Of a stretch of DNA of 64,000 nt, positions 1-9,456 are shown one piece after another (within the stretch, counting starts at the first letter, position 1; the number at the start of each line of letters is the position of its first letter). The notes below the pieces were generated by a model. It had not been told where the DNA came from, made no database searches, and saw only the letters and a program-made list of their open reading frames with translations. Origin of the DNA: a bacterium (GTDB lineage Bacteria; UBA8248); the NCBI GenBank assembly GCA_965213625.1, contig CBDBZU010000004.1:576001-640000 (forward strand), written 5' to 3'. The translations under genes and the position numbers were made by a program.

Positions 1-233
1 TCGAAGCACTTGAACAGGCCATCAAAGCCCTCGAACAGGGTACAAAAGCCGACATCAAGGCTCTTGAGCAGGCCATCAAGGCCCTCGAACAGGCTACAAA
101 AGCTGACATCAAAGCTCACGAGCAGACCACCAGAGCCGACCTCGCGGCCCTCGAGCACCGGGTCACGGTCCGGCTCGGCGGACTGACCGTGGCCGGCGTC
201 GCATTCCTCGCCACACTCATCAAGTTGTTCTGA
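1..233 (+). CDS. 5'-truncated coiled-coil protein with C-terminal membrane anchor (DUF1640/CCDC90-like)
   Basis: Frame 3 is open from the window edge: EALEQAIKALEQGTKADIKALEQAIKALEQATKADIK...RLGGLTVAGVAFLATLIKLF*, with an 18-aa internal repeat and a hydrophobic tail. Confidence 0.65.
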   Translation, partial: EALEQAIKALEQGTKADIKALEQAIKALEQATKADIKAHEQTTRADLAALEHRVTVRLGGLTVAGVAFLATLIKLF

Positions 234-237
234 CCGC

Positions 238-378
238 CGCGGGAAGAAGCGCAGCGCGCGCGTCGAATTTCTTAGCGATATTGAGCGCGTAGAGGAGTTC
301 GTCCGTTTCGAAACGGGATTCGAAATCAACGACTCAACCAGGGAGCACGCAAGAGAGATGCTGGGAAAGGCGGAGTAG
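238..378 (+). pseudogene. RecN C-terminal remnant
   Basis: Translates as RGKKRSARVEFLSDIERVEEFVRFETGFEINDSTREHAREMLGKAE*, resembling the RecN tail (ERVEEIARMLGG..IT..HA.EML). An in-frame stop lies at 184-186 and there is no start codon between it and the fragment. Confidence 0.5.
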
Positions 379-457
379 CCTCTCCTCAAGTCAGCCCCCT
401 CAAGGGGGGAGTGAATAATTTTCCAATTTGCGTCCAGCTCTTTTGTATTTCCGAACG

Positions 458-1582
458 TTAGCGTTCAATCAGTGTCAACTGGGTGCCGAATTTCACGCCC
501 GCGAATTCGCAAGCGGTTTGGATCTGATCCAGCTTTTGCCCCGTGTTGCTGTTGGTTGCCAGCCACCATCCGTTCTCCAATTCCAGAGAGCTGTTAATCA
601 AGTGAGGGCTATTGATATAGAGGTCATTTCGTTTTCGCGCCACCAACCGGCGTGTTTCACTGGCCGTCTGAGCTGCGAAGCGCTCCATAAATCCAGAGTC
701 ACGCCTTGTAAATTCATTTAGCACTTCGGCCAAGGTTTGAGTAGCGTTACCTGGTGTTGCTTTCTTATCATCAAGGACAAAGCCTACTATTTGGGGTTGC
801 CAATTGCGCGTTGGTTGCGACGAGGCGGGACCCGACTCCACCGGCGGACGACGCGGGGCCGTTGAGGCAGGGGTTGACCTCAATGATCGTGAACGAGGAG
901 GTGGCTGGACAACTTCGGAAGAAAGCCTTTTCAAGAACGCTTCCACATCCTCCAGTCTCGGCCTTGTTCCGCAGGCTCTCGCGACCTCTTCCGCAAGCAG
1001 GTCACGAAGCATATCGTCGGGAGTTTCGAGCAGATTTCGCCAAACACCCGGAATGGCCTTGCGCGCTTCCCCTGACTCCCGGTTGGTCTTATGCCTTTGC
1101 TCTGCATCTCGCCGGGCATCCTCGGAAACGACTCGATTCTTCCGCAAATACATTTCCAGAGACTCCACGTATTCGGGAATTCTCTCCTCGTTCGTCAATT
1201 CCACACGATAGAATTGCCGATCGGGAGGATCACCCGCCGCCATGCTGAGGTAAAAATCCCAAAGGTTTCCGTCAGTCAGAATAAGGAACGGAACGCCCCG
1301 GTTGACGGCATATCGAAACACCTGTTCTTCGCCTTTGATGTCCACGCCGCCAAGTCCCTTGGCCTCGATAAAAACAAGCGGGCCGCCATTTCTCAATAGC
1401 GCGTAATCCACCCGCCCGCTCTCAACGGAAAATTCCGGCACGAACTCGGCGGGATCGCTATCGTCCCAATCCAAGGCACGCAGAATCGGCACGATGACTG
1501 ACTGTTTGACTTGCGCCTCATTGGTCAGTGAACCGGAATTTATGCGCTCGACCGCTATTTTTAGGACTTCCTCCAAGCTCAT
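458..1582 (-). CDS. HsdR-N-type PD-(D/E)xK nuclease fused to a SeqA-like C-terminal domain
   Basis: NEAQVKQSVIVPILRALDWD...PEF...RVDYAL...FIEAK...LTDG at the N-terminus, a Pro/Ser linker, then WWLATNSNTGQK near the C-terminus. Confidence 0.8.
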   Translation of the reverse strand: MSLEEVLKIAVERINSGSLTNEAQVKQSVIVPILRALDWDDSDPAEFVPEFSVESGRVDYALLRNGGPLVFIEAKGLGGVDIKGEEQVFRYAVNRGVPFLILTDGNLWDFYLSMAAGDPPDRQFYRVELTNEERIPEYVESLEMYLRKNRVVSEDARRDAEQRHKTNRESGEARKAIPGVWRNLLETPDDMLRDLLAEEVARACGTRPRLEDVEAFLKRLSSEVVQPPPRSRSLRSTPASTAPRRPPVESGPASSQPTRNWQPQIVGFVLDDKKATPGNATQTLAEVLNEFTRRDSGFMERFAAQTASETRRLVARKRNDLYINSPHLINSSLELENGWWLATNSNTGQKLDQIQTACEFAGVKFGTQLTLIER

Positions 1583-1693
1583 TCGTCAGATAACCTCTTC
1601 TCTGTAAACTTCGATACAAGTAAGGGACGCATATATGTCGGACATATATGTCCGACCTACACATGAATCCTCTGCCCTACTTGTCCGGCGCTT

Positions 1694-3649
1694 CTATTCG
1701 TCCTGGTACTGCTGGAGGCTCTGGAGGACGGAGATGTCCTCGAGCGTCGTGGTGTCGCCGATTGTATCCGCCCCCGAGGCGATGTCGCGCAGGAGGCGGC
1801 GCATGATTTTTCCGCTCCGCGTCTTGGGCAGCGCGTCGGTGAAGCGCATGTAGTCGGGCCGCGCGATGGCGCCGATCTCCTTGACCACCCACTCCTTGAG
1901 CCGCTTCTCCAGGGCGTCGTTCTTCCTGTTCGCGCCCTTCATGGTGACGAAGGCGGCGATGCACTCGCCCTTGATCTCGTGCGGGATGCCCACGCAGGCG
2001 GCCTCGGCCACGTCGGGGTTCGCCACGAGCGCGCTCTCGACCTCCATCGTGCCGAGGCGATGACCCGAGATGTTGATGACGTCGTCCACGCGGCCCATAA
2101 TCCACACGTAGCCATCCCTATCCCTCCGCGCGCCGTCGCCGGTGAAGTAGCAGCCCTTCACGTCGCTCCAGTATTGCTTCTTGTAGCGCGCGTCATCGCC
2201 CCAGATGGTGCGCAGCATGGAGGGCCAGGGTTTCCGGACGACCAGGAGCCCGCCGCCCTCGGGACCTACCGATACGCCGTCTTTCGTTACCACGTCGGGC
2301 ACGACCCCGAAGAAGGGCAGCGTGGCCGTGCCGGGCTTGGTCGGCGTGGCGCCGGGCAGCGGCGTGATCATGATGGCGCCCGTCTCGGTCTGCCACCAGG
2401 TGTCTACGATGGGGCAGCGCTCCCCTCCGATGACCTTGTGGTACCACATCCAGGCTTCGGGGTTGATGGGCTCGCCCACCGTGCCCAGGAGGCGCAGAGA
2501 GGACAAGTCCCTCCCGTTGGGGTGATCATCGCCCCACTTCATGAACGCGCGGATGGCGGTGGGCGCGGTGTAGAAGATGTTGACGCTGTATTTTTCCACG
2601 ATGTCCCAAAAACGCCCGGGATCGGGATGGTTGGGCGCGCCCTCGTAGATGACGGACGTAGCGCCATTGAGCAGCGGGCCGTAGATGATGTAGCTGTGGC
2701 CCGTCACCCAGCCGATGTCCGCCGTGCACCAGTAGGTGTCCTCGTCCTTCAAGTCGAACACGTATTTCGAGGTGAGATACGTGCCGCACATGTACCCGCC
2801 CGTGGTGTGCATGATGCCCTTGGGCTTGCCCGTCGTGCCGCTCGTGTAGAGGATGTAGAGGGGGTGTTCGGAATCGAGCTTCGCGGCGGGGCAATCGGTG
2901 GAGGCGTTTTCCATCAGGTCATGATACCAGTGGTCGCGCCCCCGCTTCATCGTCACCTTGTTGCCCGTGCGCTTTAGGACGATCATCGTCTTGATCGACT
3001 TGGCGCCCTTGCACGCCTCGTCCGCGTTTTTCTTGAGCGGCACGATGTTCCCGCGCCGGAAACCGCCGTCCGCCGTCAAGACGGCCTTGGCGCGGCAGTC
3101 GTCGATGCGGTCGCGCAGCGAGTTCGCGCTGAAGCCGGCGAAGACCACGCTGTGCGGCGCGCCGATGCGCGCGCAGGCGAGCATGGCGATGGCCGCCTCG
3201 GGCGTCTGCGGCATGTAGATGATGACGCGATCGCCCTTGCGGATGCCGACGCTCCGCATCGCGTTGGCGAACTTGCACACCTCGCGGTGGAGTTCCTGAT
3301 AGGTCAGGGTGCGCGAATCGCCCGGTTCGCCCTCCCAGATGAGGGCCGCCTTGTTCTTGCGCCAAGTGGTGAGGTGGCGATCCAGGCAGTTGTAGGAAAT
3401 GTTGGTCTCACCGCCCACGAACCACTTGGCGTGCGGCTCGGTCCATTCCATGACCTTCCCCCACTTCTTGAACCAGTGGAAGTTGTTCGCCACTTTCGTC
3501 CAGAACCGTGCGGGTCTCTTGACGGACTCCTCGTACATCTCCCGGTACTGGGCCATGGACTGGATGTGGGCCTGCTTTGAAAAATCGCGGCTGGGCTTGA
3601 ATACCCGTTTTTCCTGCAACAAGGTGTCGAACTGTTTGTCGTCGACCAT
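1694..3649 (-). CDS. acs: acetyl-CoA synthetase
   Basis: [20 protein letters not shown] and [12 protein letters not shown] motifs; 651 aa. Confidence 0.97.
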   Translation of the reverse strand: MVDDKQFDTLLQEKRVFKPSRDFSKQAHIQSMAQYREMYEESVKRPARFWTKVANNFHWFKKWGKVMEWTEPHAKWFVGGETNISYNCLDRHLTTWRKNKAALIWEGEPGDSRTLTYQELHREVCKFANAMRSVGIRKGDRVIIYMPQTPEAAIAMLACARIGAPHSVVFAGFSANSLRDRIDDCRAKAVLTADGGFRRGNIVPLKKNADEACKGAKSIKTMIVLKRTGNKVTMKRGRDHWYHDLMENASTDCPAAKLDSEHPLYILYTSGTTGKPKGIMHTTGGYMCGTYLTSKYVFDLKDEDTYWCTADIGWVTGHSYIIYGPLLNGATSVIYEGAPNHPDPGRFWDIVEKYSVNIFYTAPTAIRAFMKWGDDHPNGRDLSSLRLLGTVGEPINPEAWMWYHKVIGGERCPIVDTWWQTETGAIMITPLPGATPTKPGTATLPFFGVVPDVVTKDGVSVGPEGGGLLVVRKPWPSMLRTIWGDDARYKKQYWSDVKGCYFTGDGARRDRDGYVWIMGRVDDVINISGHRLGTMEVESALVANPDVAEAACVGIPHEIKGECIAAFVTMKGANRKNDALEKRLKEWVVKEIGAIARPDYMRFTDALPKTRSGKIMRRLLRDIASGADTIGDTTTLEDISVLQSLQQYQDE

Positions 3650-3762
3650 GAGAATACCTCCCGGCTCGGTCAGGTGAAATCATATCGATGGCGATTTTTC
3701 GCTATTGTTGGTTATTCGCGCGGATTTCTCAAGTAGCCGTGCGCGGATATAGACAAGACGAA

Positions 3763-4389
3763 TCAATTGCAGAGCGCCGCGCGCACCTCCCGCGCCGCCC
3801 GGGCGGGGTCGTCCGCCGCCAGGATCGCGCCGATGAGGGCGACGCCGTGCGCGCCTCTCTCGATACACGACGAAGCGTTCTCGGCCCCCACGCCGCCCAG
3901 GGCGTAGACTGTGCCGCCTGCGACAGCGAGTTCATGCTCGAACTTATCGAGGCCCAAAACGGGGCCGGATGAGAATTTGCTGTTGGTGGGGAATACCGGG
4001 CTCAGCGTGACGAAATCCGCGCCTTCCGAGAATGCGCGCGCCGCTTCTTCTCCCGAATGGGCGGAATAGCCGATGAGGCCCTTATAGCCTCCCGCGCGTA
4101 CCGCAGAGACGCTCACCGTGCCCTTGCCGAGGTGTACGCCGTCCGCGTCCAGGGCATTGGCCAGCTCCGCGCCGCCGTTCACGAGCAGGCATGCGTCATG
4201 TTCATTCGCGAGGGAGGTGACTTCCCGCCCCAGCTTCAGGCGCTCATCAACAGGCAGATCCTTTTCGCGGAACTGAACGAAGCGCACCCCGCCCGAGAGG
4301 GCGGCTTCCAGCGCGCTCAGGAAGTCGCCAGACGGGGGAGCGTTCCTGTCCGTAATGAGGTAGAGCGGATCGAGCACCGATGATTCCAA
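3763..4389 (-). CDS. thiamine-phosphate synthase family protein, probably TenI-like thiazole tautomerase
   Basis: QFREKD, GVHLG, SAHS, SPVFPT and ALGG motifs; lacks the ThiE ND and GQxD acidic residues; directly follows thiG. Confidence 0.8.
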   Translation of the reverse strand: MESSVLDPLYLITDRNAPPSGDFLSALEAALSGGVRFVQFREKDLPVDERLKLGREVTSLANEHDACLLVNGGAELANALDADGVHLGKGTVSVSAVRAGGYKGLIGYSAHSGEEAARAFSEGADFVTLSPVFPTNSKFSSGPVLGLDKFEHELAVAGGTVYALGGVGAENASSCIERGAHGVALIGAILAADDPARAAREVRAALCN

Positions 4390-4407
4390 AATTTTCCCGG
4401 CAGCAGC

Positions 4408-5181
4408 TTAAGAGCCGATGACGCCGGCCAGCGGACTCGACGCCGTGGCGTAGAGCTTCATGGGGATACGTCCGGCCTCATACGCGAGCCTGCCCGACTC
4501 GACGGCGAGGTTCATGGCGCGCGCCATTTTCACCGGGTCGTCGGCGCCCGCGATGGCCGTCTGCATCAGGACGGCGGCCGCGCCGAGCTCCATGGCGACT
4601 GCGGCGTCCGAAGCCGTGCCCACACCCGCGTCCACGATGACTGGAACCGATACCTGCTCCAGGATTATCCTGAGGTTGTAGGGATTCCGTATGCCGAGGC
4701 CCGAGCCGATCGGTGCTGCCAGCGGCATGACGGCGTGGCAGCCCAACTGTTCGAGTTTCTTGCAGATCACGGGATCGTCGATGCAGTAGGGCAGGACGAT
4801 GAAGCCGTCATCCAGCAGGATCCGGCACGCCTCGAGCAGGCCCTCGTTGTCGGGGAAGAGCGTGTCCTCATCACCGATGACCTCGACCTTCACGAAGTCC
4901 GAACCCGTGACCTCGCGCGCGAGTCTCGCCGTCGTCACCGCGCTCTTCACGTCGTAGCAGCCCGCCGTGTTGGGCAGCATCGTATATTTTTCCTTATCGA
5001 AATGCGCCCAGAAACCCTCCGAGGAATCATCTTCCAGGTCCACGCGGCGCACGGCGACGGTGACGATCTCCGTCCCGCTCGCCTCGAGTGAATCGCGCAT
5101 CACGCCAAAACTCGGATATTTCCCCGAACCCACCAATAGGCGGGAAGTAAAAGTTCTGCCCCCAATCTCATACGTGCTCAT
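4408..5181 (-). CDS. thiG: thiazole synthase
   Basis: [25 protein letters not shown] and [11 protein letters not shown] motifs. Confidence 0.97.
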   Translation of the reverse strand: MSTYEIGGRTFTSRLLVGSGKYPSFGVMRDSLEASGTEIVTVAVRRVDLEDDSSEGFWAHFDKEKYTMLPNTAGCYDVKSAVTTARLAREVTGSDFVKVEVIGDEDTLFPDNEGLLEACRILLDDGFIVLPYCIDDPVICKKLEQLGCHAVMPLAAPIGSGLGIRNPYNLRIILEQVSVPVIVDAGVGTASDAAVAMELGAAAVLMQTAIAGADDPVKMARAMNLAVESGRLAYEAGRIPMKLYATASSPLAGVIGS

Positions 5182-5233
5182 TACACCCCCTCCCGGCGCA
5201 GGCTCTCAAGGCCGCGCCCGTTATCATATACGA

Positions 5234-5434
5234 TCAGCCCCCGCCCACGGCGCGGACGATCTCGACCTCATCCCCATTGGATAAATGCGTATCCCCGTAT
5301 TCGCCCCGGCGGACAATTTCCATGTTGAGGGCCACGGCGATGCCGTTGACCTCGAGCTCCATGAACTCCAGAAGAGCGGCGACGCTCACGCCCTCCGCCA
5401 GTTCCTTGTCCTCTCCGTTCACCCGGACTTGCAA
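5234..5434 (-). CDS. thiS: sulfur carrier protein ThiS
   Basis: 66 aa ending VEIVRAVGGG; upstream of thiG. Confidence 0.95.
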   Translation of the reverse strand: MQVRVNGEDKELAEGVSVAALLEFMELEVNGIAVALNMEIVRRGEYGDTHLSNGDEVEIVRAVGGG

Positions 5435-5487
5435 GAACTCATCTCCTCAGGCGACACCCGGAAACTTCTCCATCAAGAAACGTCGCA

Positions 5488-5520
5488 TCAAAAAAGCCGC
5501 CCCACGATACGGGAGCGGCC
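5488..5520 (-). terminator. intrinsic terminator (TPP riboswitch expression platform)
   Basis: Minus strand reads GGCCGCTCCCGTATCGTGGGGCGGCTTTTTT, between the aptamer and thiS. Confidence 0.8.
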
Positions 5521-5539
5521 AAAAACACCCGGCTTCTTC

Positions 5540-5630
5540 GGCCCGCTTCCCTTCGCTGGAATTACCCAGTGCAGGTTCCAAGGGTTGCCCGCGACTCCAG
5601 GCTCTCAGCACATACACCCCTAGCAGGAAC
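5540..5630 (-). promoter_or_regulatory. TPP riboswitch
   Basis: Minus strand reads CTAGGGGTG...GCTGAGAG...CCCTTGGAACCTG...GGTAATTCCAGCGAAGGGAAG, upstream of thiS. Confidence 0.93.
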
Positions 5631-5790
5631 TATCTCCCAAGAGCATATACGGATGCGCCCCGACTTGCAACGCCCGAAGGGAACCGGCGTGTGCAATTCC
5701 CCCCGTTTTCGGGTATGAATACGAAAAATCACAAAATACGGCCGGGGTCCACCGAACCTCGTGCCTACCCATCGACCGAGGAGCGTGCCC

Positions 5791-6891
5791 ATGAAAGCAG
5801 CCATCTTCCACGAAGTCGGCAAACCGATGACCATCGAACCCATCGAGGTGGAACCGCCCAAGGAGGGAGAGGTGCTCGTGCACTACCGCGCGGGCGGCGT
5901 ATGCCACAGCGACCACCACGCCATCGCAGGACTTTTCCCGGTGCCCACACCCATCATCATGGGACACGAGGGCGCAGGCGTCGTGGAAGAGGTGGGACCC
6001 GGCGTGACCTCCGTGAAGCCCGGCGACCACGTGGTCACCGTCTGGCGCTACAGCTGCGGCGCGTGCGATCTCTGCCTCGCGGGCCGGCCCGCCATCTGCG
6101 GCGAAGGCATCCGCATGCGGGCCGACGGCACGCTCTCGGACGGCACGACGCGCTTCTCCGTCAACGGCGAACGGGTGCACCACTTCCTCGGCGTCTCCAC
6201 ATTCAGCTCCCACTCGGTGATGTCCGAGAAATCGGTCATGAAGATTCGCGAGGACATGTCGCTCGAAAAAGCGGCGGTGGTGAGCTGCGCCGTCATCACG
6301 GGCGTGGGCGCGGTGGTGAACGGCGCGCAGGTGCGTCCGGGCGAGAGCGTGGCGGTATTCGGCGCGGGCGGCGTGGGGCTGAACGCGGTGCAGGGGGCGG
6401 CCCTCATCGGGGCGGAGCCCATCATCGCGGTCGACCTGATGCAGAACAAACTCGAAATGGCGAAGAAATTCGGCGCGACGCACACGGTGAACTCCTCCGA
6501 TGAGGACGCGGTGGAGGCCATCCGCGCGCTCACCGACGGCAAGGGCGCGCACTACGCCTTTGAGCTCATCGGCGTGCCCGAGGTGATGTCCACCGCGTTT
6601 GAGAGCGTGCGCACGGGCGGCACGGCCGTCATCGTGGGCATCGCGGACGTGAAATCGAGGGTCTCGATACCCCCCGTCTCCCTGGTGACGGAGGAAAAGC
6701 GCCTCATCGGCTCCCTGTACGGCTCATCCAACCCGCGCATCTTCGTGCCCCGGCTCATCGATCTCTACATGGCCGGCAAGCTGAACCTAGACGACCTGCT
6801 CACCAAGGTGTGGCCCATCGAGCAGATCAACGAGGCGTACGATTCGCTCTTAAACGGCGAGGTGGCCCGCAGCGTCGTCGTGCACGAGTAG
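5791..6891 (+). CDS. Zn-dependent alcohol dehydrogenase
   Basis: GVCHSD, GHEGAG, CxxCxxC..C and GAGGVG motifs; RBS GAGGAG before the ATG at 5791. Confidence 0.93.
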   Translation: MKAAIFHEVGKPMTIEPIEVEPPKEGEVLVHYRAGGVCHSDHHAIAGLFPVPTPIIMGHEGAGVVEEVGPGVTSVKPGDHVVTVWRYSCGACDLCLAGRPAICGEGIRMRADGTLSDGTTRFSVNGERVHHFLGVSTFSSHSVMSEKSVMKIREDMSLEKAAVVSCAVITGVGAVVNGAQVRPGESVAVFGAGGVGLNAVQGAALIGAEPIIAVDLMQNKLEMAKKFGATHTVNSSDEDAVEAIRALTDGKGAHYAFELIGVPEVMSTAFESVRTGGTAVIVGIADVKSRVSIPPVSLVTEEKRLIGSLYGSSNPRIFVPRLIDLYMAGKLNLDDLLTKVWPIEQINEAYDSLLNGEVARSVVVHE

Positions 6892-6914
6892 GGGTAAGGG
6901 ACTGCCCCTCAAAG

Positions 6915-7121
6915 ATGATGAACACCGCGGCTACCGGACATCTCGACAGGGAAGCCTTGATCGTCACCTGTTGCGACGGCATCGGCTGCAACGCCTCGAC
7001 CAAGGGCGCACTCAACATGACGCGTCTCGGCTTCCGTGTAAAGGAACTCATGGGCGGACTCGACTGGTGGAAGCGCGACGGCCATCTGACGGAAAGCGCC
7101 GTCCAATCGCTTAAATCATGA
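6915..7121 (+). pseudogene. N-terminally truncated rhodanese-like protein
   Basis: IVTCCDGIGCNASTKGA...VKELMGGLDWW is the C-terminal half of a rhodanese domain; there is no room upstream for the N-terminal half. Confidence 0.65.
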
Positions 7122-7222
7122 GGAGAAGGTTTCCCTGCCCCAAAACCCCCGTTTGGACACCCCCCGCCGTTTTTTGATAATCTGATTCTGCTTGTCCCAC
7201 ACCATCCCGCCGGAGGAGAGCC

Positions 7223-7852
7223 ATGGACATCATCGACATATCCGTTCCCGTAGTGGAAGGCGAAATGCCCATCTATCCCGGGAATCCGGGGCTTTCGATG
7301 CGCTTTCACAAATCCTTCGACGCAGGCGACGACGTCTGCCTCACCGAAGCAACCATCGGCGTGCACACGGGCACGCACCTGGACGCGCCCATGCACTATC
7401 TCCACGATGCGGGCGGGATCGAGACGCTGAACCTCGAAACCCTCATGGGTCCCGCCCGGGTGATTGCGGTGGAAAACCACGCGTGCATCACGGCGGAAGA
7501 ACTCGCCACCAAGAACCTCGAAGGCGCGACGCGCTTTCTGATCAAGACGCGAAACTCGGATGAGGGGTGGTGGCGGAAATCCTACAGCCCCGACTACTGC
7601 CACATGACGGCAGAAGCGGGACAGCTTCTCTATGACCACGGGATGGAGTTACTGGGCGTGGACTATCTCGGCGTGGATGCGCCCGATCCCAACGTGCCCG
7701 TCCACATGCTGCTGATGCCGCTGGGCGTCGTCCTGCTCGAAGGCCTGAACCTCGCCGATGCGCCCGAGGGCGATTATGAACTCATCGCCCTGCCCGCCCT
7801 TCTCCCAGGGCGAGACGGCGCGCCCGCGCGCGCGGTATTGAGGACCCTCTAG
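7223..7852 (+). CDS. cyclase family hydrolase (kynurenine formamidase KynB-like)
   Basis: HTGTHLDAP, GVDYL, LLEGL and DGAPARA motifs. Confidence 0.92.
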   Translation: MDIIDISVPVVEGEMPIYPGNPGLSMRFHKSFDAGDDVCLTEATIGVHTGTHLDAPMHYLHDAGGIETLNLETLMGPARVIAVENHACITAEELATKNLEGATRFLIKTRNSDEGWWRKSYSPDYCHMTAEAGQLLYDHGMELLGVDYLGVDAPDPNVPVHMLLMPLGVVLLEGLNLADAPEGDYELIALPALLPGRDGAPARAVLRTL

Positions 7853-7974
7853 CACTACCTGGAAAACCAATTTCTCAATCCTTACGAGAGCCACTCCTGC
7901 GCACGCAGCGGTTCGCCCACTCCCCCGGCGTCTGCAGCCCTTTTCTGCTATCTTGGCGAGCAGGAGGAAGCGGT

Positions 7975-8601
7975 ATGGCTATCATCGACATCACCGTTCC
8001 CGTTCGCGAGGGGATGCCTCTCTGGCCGGGAGACCCGGACCTCAAAATGCGCTTTCATGCTTCTTTTGACGCAGGCGATGCTGTCTGCCTGACGGAAGCG
8101 AGCCTGTGCCTGCACACGGGCACGCACTTGGACGCGCCGGTTCACTTCCTGCCCGGTGCGGGCGGCGTGGAGGCGCTCTCTCTCAATACACTCATAGGCC
8201 CCGCCCGGGTGATCGAAATTGAAAACCACCAATGCATCACGGCGGAAGAGCTAAAGACCAAGAACCTGGTGGGTGCTACGCGCTTTCTCATCAAGACGCG
8301 CAATTCAAGTGAGAGATGGTGGAAGAAGCCGTTCGACCCCGATTTCTGCCACATGACGCCCGAAGCCGCGCAGCTATTGCTCGAAAATAGAATGACGCTG
8401 CTGGGCGTGGATTATCTCTCCGTCGACTCGCCCGAGGGAGATGCGCCCGTGCACCGGCTGCTGATGCCCCGCGGCGTCGTTTTGCTCGAAGGACTGAATC
8501 TAGGCGATGCGCCCGAGGGCGATTATGAACTCATCGCCCTGCCCGTCCTGTACACGGGGCGAGACGGCGCGCCCGCCCGCGCGGTATTGAGGACCCTCTA
8601 A
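7975..8601 (+). CDS. cyclase family hydrolase, tandem paralog
   Basis: HTGTHLDAP motif; 3' end nearly identical to 7223-7852. Confidence 0.92.
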   Translation: MAIIDITVPVREGMPLWPGDPDLKMRFHASFDAGDAVCLTEASLCLHTGTHLDAPVHFLPGAGGVEALSLNTLIGPARVIEIENHQCITAEELKTKNLVGATRFLIKTRNSSERWWKKPFDPDFCHMTPEAAQLLLENRMTLLGVDYLSVDSPEGDAPVHRLLMPRGVVLLEGLNLGDAPEGDYELIALPVLYTGRDGAPARAVLRTL

Positions 8602-8676
8602 GGCGCTTGCCCCAAAACCGACTTTTGGGAAATACTCCCCCGCAAACCGGTATTCCAGTTCTTGATGAGGAGCCGC

Positions 8677-9456
8677 ATGGACACGTCCAGGGAACAGCGA
8701 GAGGCCGTACAGAAGATATACAACCAGGATTCGGACTACTACGTCACCAGCGCGCCCCACGCGCGGAGCAGCTCGCTCGCGCGCGCAGCCGAGGTGCTGA
8801 ATCCGAGCGGCGGCGTCCACCTGGACATCGCCACGGGCGCGGGCCACACGGCCTACCAGATGGCGGAGGAGTGCCGCCACGTCATTGCGAGCGATTTGAC
8901 CGCCGGCATGCTCGACTCCGCGCGCAGACTCGGGACCGAGAGAGGCATCGGGAACGTCTCGTATCTCAGGACCGACGCCGAGAACATCGCCGTTCAGACG
9001 GGTGCGCTCGATTCGGTATCGGTGCGCATCGCGCCGCATCATTTCCCGGACGTTCCGGCCTCGATGCGCGAGATGTTCCGGGTGCTCAAGCCCGGCGGCA
9101 GGCTCGTCTACATCGACAACATCGCACCCGAAGAACCCAGGGAACTCGACAGTTACAACGATTTCGAGCGCCTGCGCGACCCGAGCCACAACCGCTGCGA
9201 CAGCCTGCCCGGCCTGGTGGAGATGCTGGAAGCCGCCGGTTTCCGCGTACTTTATTCCGAGACCCTGAGGAAGAAGATGGTGCTCTCCCATTGGGTGCAG
9301 CGCCCCCACCTCACGAATGAGGACAAGGCGTCGCTTCGCGAATATCTCGAAAACGCATCGCCCGCGATATCCTACTGGCTCGACCCGCGAGAGGAAGACG
9401 GCGAATACGTATTCGACGAGCAGGAAGCCGTCATCCTCGCCGAACGTCCTGCATGA
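8677..9456 (+). CDS. class I SAM-dependent methyltransferase
   Basis: LDIATGAGH, DAE and RVLKPGG motifs; overlaps the bioA start (ATGA). Confidence 0.9.
   Translation: MDTSREQREAVQKIYNQDSDYYVTSAPHARSSSLARAAEVLNPSGGVHLDIATGAGHTAYQMAEECRHVIASDLTAGMLDSARRLGTERGIGNVSYLRTDAENIAVQTGALDSVSVRIAPHHFPDVPASMREMFRVLKPGGRLVYIDNIAPEEPRELDSYNDFERLRDPSHNRCDSLPGLVEMLEAAGFRVLYSETLRKKMVLSHWVQRPHLTNEDKASLREYLENASPAISYWLDPREEDGEYVFDEQEAVILAERPA

Noticed and set aside
6810-7121. Full-length or Sec-recoded rhodanese
   Set aside because: The upstream frame overlaps the ADH gene and has no in-frame TGA or rhodanese N-terminal motif, so it is treated as a fragment.
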